A stretch of 64,000 nucleotides of DNA from positions 124,001-188,000 of the forward strand of contig JAPMXV010000062.1 in assembly GCA_026936335.1 (NCBI GenBank). Reading direction: 5' to 3'. Positions 56,816 through 64,000 of this stretch are shown piece after piece; position 1 is the first letter of the stretch; every line of letters begins with the position of its first letter. The position numbers and the translations under genes are program-made. Below the pieces are notes generated by a model. That model saw only the letters and a list, made by a program, of their open reading frames with translations, was not told where the DNA came from and did not search any database. Source of the DNA: Mantamonas sphyraenae STR306 (taxonomy: Eukaryota > Protista > CRuMs).

Positions 56816-59800
56816 TTAGTATGTGCCAGGCACCACGTAGTTGGGGTGCACAGTGAGCTTCGTGAGAGAGTCGTCGGGTTCGTCGTCGTGGATGGAGACA
56901 ACGAGGTCTTGGCTCTTGTCCTGTTTCCAGGTGAGGTAGTCGTCGATTTCGATAAGGACGTGGTCGCGGTGTACGAGTCGTGTGACGACGGCGTTGACGA
57001 GCCTGGTCATGGCCTTGATTTCGCGTTCGTCCTTGATTTCGTCCGTCATGACGGCCTCCTTGAGGTACCAGTTGACCAGCTCCTGCTTGGTCAAACCCTG
57101 CTCCTCAATGGTGGACGACGAGCGCAGGTGAGCAATCATCGAGTGGGCAATGCGCTCGTACTGCTCAAAGGAAATGGGAATGCGACGGTCGCCCGAGCCT
57201 GCGGACGCACCACCACGACCACCAGCACCGCCACCGCCGCCACCTCCCCTCCTGCTATCACCCCCAGAGCCTCCGTCGCCGTCGTCGTGGTCATCAAAGG
57301 AGTAGGAGCCTCCTGCACCGCCTTCGCCGTCGTCGCTGTCGCCATCGCCGTCGAGGTTTGCACCGCCTTCGTTGACAGCCACCTCTGTGGCGAGGTCGAT
57401 TTCGGGCACTTCCACGTTGATGATGCTCTTGCTGAGCAGCTTGCGTGCGGCCTCGACGTGGTTGACGCTGATCTTGGAGTCACAGTTCATGCGCGCAGTG
57501 GCCTCGCTGAGGCGAATGAGCGACTCGAGCTGACGGACGGTGATGCGATACATGTTCTTGCCACTGCCGAGCTCCTTCTGGCGCATGTCGCGATAGGTTT
57601 CGACGAGGTATTTGTGTGCGGCGTCGGTGAGCTGCGGCCGGATGGTGCGACGAGCAAACTCGATGTAATTGAGGAGGTCGCGCCTGTCGATGAGGTCTGC
57701 GTTGTGCACGTGCTCACCCGCGTGCAGGTTGACGATGTGCGTGGCAATGCGAAAGTCGGCGCTCTCCTCACCCTCGTCGAGGACAACGAAAAACAGGTCG
57801 AAACGAGACATGATGGGCGGTGTGAGCTGCACGTTGTACGCCAACGACTTGCTCTTGTTGTAGCGGCCTTCGCGCGGGTTGGCAGCGGCCAGGATGGAGG
57901 TGCGTGCGTTGAGGGTGGCCTGGATGCCAGCCTTGCTGATGGAGATGGTTTGCTGCTCCATGGCCTCGTGGATGGCCACCTGGTCCTTGAGGTCCATCTT
58001 GTCAAACTCGTCGATGCAACAGATGCCGTTGTCGGCCAGCATGAGGGCGCCAGCTTCGATGGCAAATTCGCCTGTTTCGGCGTCCTTGACCACGCTTGCA
58101 GTGAGACCGGCTGCCGAGGAGGCCTTGCCTGAGGTGTAGATGGCACGTGGCAGGAAGCTGTTGACGTACTTGAGGAACTGGCTCTTTGCGGTGGACGGGT
58201 CGCCGACGACGCAAACGTTGATGTCGCCGCGAAGCTTGATGCCCTCGACAGTGTCCTTGTGGACGCCCCCAAACAGCTGCAGAAGGATGCCTCGCTTGAT
58301 GTCGTTGTGGCCATACACGGCGGGACAGAAACTGTCGATGAGACGGTCGTGGATGCGGGGGTCTTCGGCGAGGGAGCGCACCATGTCGCGTTCCTCTTGA
58401 GAGAGGCTCTCGACGACGGCGTTGTCGTCGTCCTTGGTGACGATGTTGATGCCTGCATAGGTTGTCTCTGACGAGATGACGTTGCAGGCCATAAAGGCGA
58501 GCTTGTAGGTGAGGTCGCGGACACCCAAGGCCTTGAGGCCCGTGAAGCCGTCGGATCGCATGTCCGGGTTGCGTTGGCTGGAGTTGCGCACGCGGACGGA
58601 ACGTTCGCCCGGAGCGCGGATCTGGGCCACATCGGGAACAACAATGAGGGCGCCGGTGAAAGAGACACGGTCACCGGGCTTTGCCTTCTCCACCTGCTCG
58701 TGGCGCAGGATGACATCGATGCTGCGGGGCATGGATCCGCTGGGAATCTCGCTGCTGTTTTCCTGCACGCGCACACGTTGCCAGTCGGCAAATGTGGACG
58801 CCTCAATGTCCAGCTTGAAGTTGTTGCGTGTGGCACAGGTTGGGTTGGGGCACATGCGAGGCTCTGTGTACATAAACTGCTGCTTGACGTCTGTGACGTT
58901 GGTTTGACACTCCATGCAGGTGAAGGAGCCGTAGACAAGCTCCGGGCGCACCTCTGATGTGCGCGTGACGGTTCCGCTGATGCTGATCAGGCGGCCAATC
59001 CGATCCGTGCGCAGCTCGCGCAGCCTGGTGGGACGCAGGACAAGTGTGTGAGTGTGTGTACAGGCGAGGCACGGGGCCATGCAAGGGTGTGGGTGTGTGC
59101 ATGCGGTAGCCAGCATCGTGTGTGGGTCGCAGGGGCCACGAGATGTCAAACGACGCAATTTGTGGTACCCCCCCCCCTCTCAGTTTGAAAACGCGGCGCT
59201 GGAGAACGTACTTGTGCACCTGAGCGAGGCCGAACAGGCTGACGTGGAACTCCTTTGTCTTGTCGCGGTTGTCGTCGTACACGAGTTCGGGGTCGATTTG
59301 CTGGACGTGTTGAAAGACGGCGCGGCGCAGGAACGGGGTGAAGCGCAGAAATTGGCCAGTGATCAGCTCGGCGAGGCTTGTGTTGTAGCTGAGGATGTGC
59401 TGGTGGTCGACATAAAGGGTGGTGCGCTCCTCGGTGCGCAGGTCCTGCACCTGACTCACGTAGGGCAGATAGCTGCGGTCTCCCACGCTGCTGCTGTCCT
59501 CTCCTGCGGGCAGGTCGATGCGGTACCTGCAATTTTTTTTGCGGCAGGTGTCAGAGGTGAGACGACGGCGGTGTGGGAGAGCACACATGCGCACTGCTAC
59601 TGCACTGGAGTGCAGTGGATGGGTACAGGATGGGCAAATGTACGACGTATAGAATGGGCCATGGGCGTGTCGTGTCATGCAGGGCGAAAAAGGAGAGAGA
59701 GCGAGCGAGAGAGCGAGATGGAAAGTGACAGCGAAGAAAGCGGCTGACATGGCTGGGCATGAGGTGCATTTGGGAGGAAACATACTCGCGCAGGAAATCG

Positions 59801-59865
59801 AAAAAGGCGGCCTGGATCTGCTCGCCAGCCTCGTCCCGCTGGAGATCTGTGTCCTGGACGTCCAT
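56816..59865 (-). CDS. MCM6: DNA replication licensing factor MCM6; exons 59865-59786, 59526-59212, 59024-56816
   Basis: GTVTRTSEVRPEL, GLKALGVRDLTYKLAF, GDPSTAKSQFL, IDEFDKM, SRFD, ITVRQLESLIRLSEA, terminal VHPNY. Confidence 0.98.
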
Positions 59866-59921
59866 GGGTGGGGAAAGGTTGGGTGGGCGAGCGAGCGCAA
59901 GTGCAGCCAGCAGCGGAGACG

Positions 59922-60794
59922 ATGGACATTGAGAGCGCCTACGGAAACGTGTCGGGTAACACGGGCAGTGAAAGTGACATTGTGGACGCGTTGCCGTACA
60001 TTGACGACCAGTATGCGTACGAGGGGATGGCAGAGCAGGTGGAGGCGCTGATCGAAGCAGAAATGCGCAGCATGACGGGCAAGGTGGATGACTATGTGGA
60101 CAGCGAGGATGTACAGGCAGAAGCACAGCGATGGGAAGCGTTGCTGGAGCAGTCGACGTTCCTGAAGAGCGAGTTTGAGCGTATGGGACGCGGGGAAGCG
60201 ATGGCAGACGTGGACCTGAGCGGCATGAGCGTGGAGCAGCCGGAACAGGCGGACGACGTGGAGGCATGGTAAGTCACACACACACACACACACACACGGG
60301 GGAAACACACGGGAACACGGCGGAGAAGCGAGGGAGGAGCGGGGAGGGGACAAGGAAATGTCATGGTGGGCAGGAGAGAGGAAGCGGAGGTGGAAGGCGC
60401 GCGCGGCTTTTGGAATTTCGGCTGACACAGACAACGATGTGTGGTCCATTGCAGGAAGAAGAGTGTGGAGAACGCACGGGCACAAGTGGAGCACAGCAAC
60501 AGCACGACGGTACACCTGGAGCTGCTGCGGAAGTACGGAGTCAACGCGTGGAAGCGCCACAACGGGGACGTGGAGGAACTGCTGTTTGCACTGGAAGAAG
60601 AACGGGCGGCAGTGGAGGAGCAGATTGCAGAAGTGAACAGGAAGCGCAAAAAGGCACAGCTGAGTGCAGGGGCCCAGCTGGACAGGTTGACCAACCAGTG
60701 GTACGAGCGCTGTTACAAGAACCTGGAAATCAGCTACGCCATCAAGGCCTTGGAAGAGCAGCAACAGCGGACTACACAGCAGGACACACAGTAA
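59922..60794 (+). CDS. BCAS2: BCAS2/SPF27 (Prp19 complex); intron 60269-60454
   Basis: VDALPYID...LIEAEM; W|KKSVENARAQVEH...LELLRKYGVNAW; VNRKRKKAQ...KNLEI. Confidence 0.93.
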
Positions 60795-60875
60795 TAAACA
60801 CGGCCCACACACACACACACACGACGCAGGAATTGGGAAGAAATCAGTTTGCATTCCACGTGCCTGAAGTCAGAA

Positions 60876-60985
60876 TCACTCATCATCATCCTCGCCGTTC
60901 TCACCCGGCACAGTCTTGATCATGTCCTTGAAGAGTTTCTGCGATGGGGACGTGGGAACAGATGGGATGGGGGCCACGTAGGTGA

Positions 60986-61029
<44 letters not shown>

Positions 61030-61737
61030 ATGGACGGGGGCGGAAAGGTGTGAGCGGAGGAGGGCGGCGCCAAACGGGTGGAGAGGAAAAGCGGGGCGCG
61101 CCTCTTGTTTGAAGCCGTAGATTGCGTCGGCTGTGCTTGGCCTAGGGCGGATGCGCAGACACATGCACGTGCAATGGGTGGCGTGCAAGGACGTGTGGGG
61201 GGGCCCATGTGTGGCATAACGCAGAGGAGAGGGAAAAATGCACGAGCCGAAATCCAAGCGACCGCCGCAGCCGTCATGCATGACGCACGCTGTGTGCAAG
61301 CATGCATGTTGTGTGTGTGTGTGTGTGTCTGTGTGTGTGCGACACTGGATTGTAACGTACGCCCTTGTTGTTGTTCTCCCAGATGGTGTCGCCGACTTTG
61401 TCGATGGCAATCTCCGAGGCAAACGCGCCGACCAGCACGAGTCCGACCTGCGGCACAGAGAGGGACAATGGAAGCGAGGGAGTGACACGAGAGGGAGAGG
61501 GAGAGAATGACAGAGGCAGGGAGGCCGAAAGGGAACGAGAGGGTATTTTGTGAACGCACAAACGTTGTGTGTGAGAGAAGAGCCGCTGGGGGGAGAGGGG
61601 AAGCCACGGCTGCCGTGCTGAAGGGACACTTTCCCATCCATCCAGGGCACAAAACACGTCGCGGGGGGAATGACACATACCCAGGTGGAGCTGCGCTTGA
61701 GCACAGTATCATACAGAGGCTTTGCAATTCCGCTCAT
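60876..61737 (-). CDS. QCR9: Cytochrome bc1 subunit 9; exons 61737-61681, 61447-61361, 60938-60876 (68 aa)
   Basis: Spliced MSGIAKPLYDTVLKRSSTWVGLVLVGAFASEIAIDKVGDTIWENNNKGKLFKDM matches QCR9/UQCR10; both introns phase 0, GT-AG. Confidence 0.9.
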
Positions 61738-61843
61738 TTTGTGGTTTCGCTGGCGTCGGGAGCGGAACCAAGCCTGCCCGAACTCCCAGTCTCCCCACCA
61801 CCCCCCCCCACGCACACACATTCTGCGTGCACACACAACTGGC

Positions 61844-62771
61844 ATGAGCACCACTGACGGCGGAGTGTCTCTGGCCGCCTCGCTGCGGGAGCGCGTGTCA
61901 GGGATGTCGTTTGACGAGGCGTGCGAACTGATTGTGGAGGCGTTCCCCGAGGCGCCCGAGGCGTCGTCGGACGAACAAGCGCAGTTGGAGCAGGCCAATG
62001 CCCAGCGAGGCAAGAACAAGCGCAAGAAGGAGAAGAAGGAGGCGCCTGCATGGAAGGCTGGGGAGATCCCAACCACAGGCAAGGCCCAGTCCTTCAAGGA
62101 GGACGACGTCGATCCCGTCTTTCTCCAACAACTGGTGGAGTGCGTTTCGTGCCTTTTGCCCCCCCTTTTGGCCCCGCCTTTTGTCCTTTCGGTTCCTTTG
62201 CACACACGCACACCTGTGCCTGGCACACCCTACACCCTACCGTTGCATGCCATCGACATACAAGGCGCCCTCGTTGCTCCTTCCATTCGCCAATGGACGC
62301 TCTTCCTGGGTACCCCCGCCCCCTGACCCTCTCTCGCTCGCACACCCCGCCGCCAACACAGAGTGTACCAGGGCATCGTCACGGGCTCAGAGAAGAAGGA
62401 TGCTTACAACTTTCTGCTTCAGCAGCACGATGATGGCGTGGCTTATTATATGCGCAAGGTCGAGGAGTATGTGGGCGGCCTTGGTAAGTTGATGCCCTCT
62501 TGCCGCTATCTTTGTGTTTTGGGGCGAGGGTTCATCCACAATCCAGCGTGTACCTGTGTTGTACAGGCTGCCCTGCTCACCATGCGCCACCACCCCCCAC
62601 TGCTCACACAATGTGGATGTGCATGTGCGGCCCACTCATCCAACCTGCAGACACAAAGAAATCCGGGGGCCTGTTTGGCAAGAAGACAAGCAAGGGCGTT
62701 GCGCCACTCGTCGTCGTAAGTGAATGGATAGAAGAAGAAGAAGAGAAAGGCATGGCGCAATGTTTGTGCTG

Positions 62772-62803
<32 letters not shown>

Positions 62804-63691
62804 CAACCTGCACCACAGCTTGACAAGTACGCACTTGGGTTTGGGTACGGGGATCGCGAGGTGCCACTGAACACCACCGTGGAAGACACATTCACAGCCA
62901 CCAACCTTAGCAATCGCAAGGTGAAGTTGAACATCTCGATGCCACCGTCCACGTCCAAGTACACGCTGAAGGTGGAGCCGACGGCGGCGGTGTTGAAGAA
63001 GAAAGGCTCGGTCGACTTTCGGGTGTCCCTGACCTGTTCCACCACAGTCAACGTGCGGCAAGTGGTGGAAATCATTGCCGACGAGGTGTTTCCCATTGTG
63101 GCGTGTGTGAACCTGGTCAGTGAGCGCTCGCAATTTGGCGTGGAGGTGAACCAACTGGATCTGGTCAACGACTACGGCGTCATGGTGCCCAAGGTCCTTG
63201 TCACCATGAAGAATTATTTGTTCGAGCGTCAGGGCCACCTGTCCGAAGGCATTTTCCGCCTGGCTCCCGACGAGGAGGAGAACAGGCTCGTGAAGGAGCA
63301 GCTCAACAAGGGCGAGTTTACAGGCTGCACCGACATCAACTGCATTGCAAACCTCATCAAGGTGTGGTACCGCGAGATGCCCATGCACGTTCTCAACTCT
63401 CTGCCTCCAGAAGCCTTTGCCGACTGCTACGACACAGACACGTGTGTGCAGGCCTACCTTGCCCTGAAGGACCCGTACCAAGCACTCATGAGCTGGATCC
63501 TGGACCTCATGTGCGACATCCATCAACACGAAGGCACCAACAAGATGAGCCTCAAGGCACTCAGCATCGTGGTGTCCCCAAATCTGTTTGAACCGGCCAA
63601 TGACTCGCTGCAGAGCCTCACCCTCAGCCAGAAGATTGCCACCTTTGTCGAGACCATTCTCGAGTGGCGCAAGAACAGCAGGCAAGAGTGA
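61844..63691 (+). CDS. RhoGAP with a preceding Ig-like (MSP/ASH-like) domain; exons 61844-62139, 62362-62483, 62651-62715, 62819-63691
   Basis: FGV, VPKVL, EGIFRL arginine finger, IANLIKVWYREMP, NKMSLKALSIVVSPNL; splice phases consistent. Confidence 0.88.
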
Positions 63692-63816
63692 CGGAATGGT
63701 GTGGCGGTGGTGGAGATGGTGGAGAGAGAGGAGGTGGATGGACAGCAAGAGAGAGAAAGAGCTGGAAAAACAATGGACAGGAATTCATCAACCGGTTCCA
63801 GATCTCTCCAGATCGA

Positions 63817-64000
63817 TCAAAGGAGCAGCAGGTTGCCGTTGTCGTCGTCGTCACCACCACCACCGCCGCTGCCACCATTGGCGGATACAGAGGAGGCCGA
63901 GGAGGAGCCTGTGACTCCGTCTTCCTCTTCCAGGAGGACACTGAGGGTGCTGTAGCGGTTGGAGTGCTTGCCCTCCTGGCGGGCCTTTGCGGACTTTGTG
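63817..64000 (-). CDS. 3' end of a gene entering from the right edge
   Basis: Open frame TKSAKARQEGKHSNRYSTLSVLLEEEDG...GDDDDNGNLLLL then TGA at 63819-63817; acidic dileucine-like tail suggests a membrane protein. Confidence 0.5.
   Translation of the reverse strand, partial: TKSAKARQEGKHSNRYSTLSVLLEEEDGVTGSSSASSVSANGGSGGGGGDDDDNGNLLLL

Noticed and set aside
1-64000. Alternative genetic code or stop-codon reassignment
   Set aside because: Conserved genes translate cleanly with the standard code and end in TAA, TAG or TGA; the breaks seen are frameshifts, not in-frame stops.

Overview
Gene-dense nuclear DNA of a unicellular eukaryote (GC-rich, standard genetic code, GT-AG introns of about 100-450 nt, many CA/GT microsatellites); the taxon cannot be fixed from this window. 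I can support about 24 complete protein genes plus two partial genes at the edges: RAB8, SWI3/SMARCC, COPE, a type II glycosyltransferase-like protein, a PDX1 homologue lacking its catalytic residues, a Kelch protein, ubiquilin, a cAMP-receptor-like GPCR, two near-identical NSD-type PHD genes, HSP90, RPLP0, NKAP, a Cys/His-repeat WD40 protein, a TPR protein, alpha-actinin, a 4xSH3 adaptor, a multipass membrane protein, ZGRF1, importin-7/8, a ~3900-aa RCC1/Cys-repeat/multipass receptor, MCM6, BCAS2, QCR9 and a RhoGAP. No rRNA, tRNA, CRISPR or transposase was recognised. Most interesting: (1) the giant receptor has a hierarchical ectodomain (17-aa units in 136-aa super-repeats) with recent module copying at a shared junction; (2) a 1.73-kb inverted duplication brackets HSP90-RPLP0 as a potentially invertible cassette; (3) a PDX1 pseudoenzyme; (4) the importin C-terminal tail is reachable only by a +1 shift at CCC-UGA; (5) intergenic spacers as short as 56 nt and CA-rich rather than U-rich 3' splice sites; (6) clustered intergenic hairpins. 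Three single-base frame breaks occur in the window, so assembly indel errors are a live alternative for every frameshift claim. All homology calls are by eye from remembered family motifs; no searches were run.
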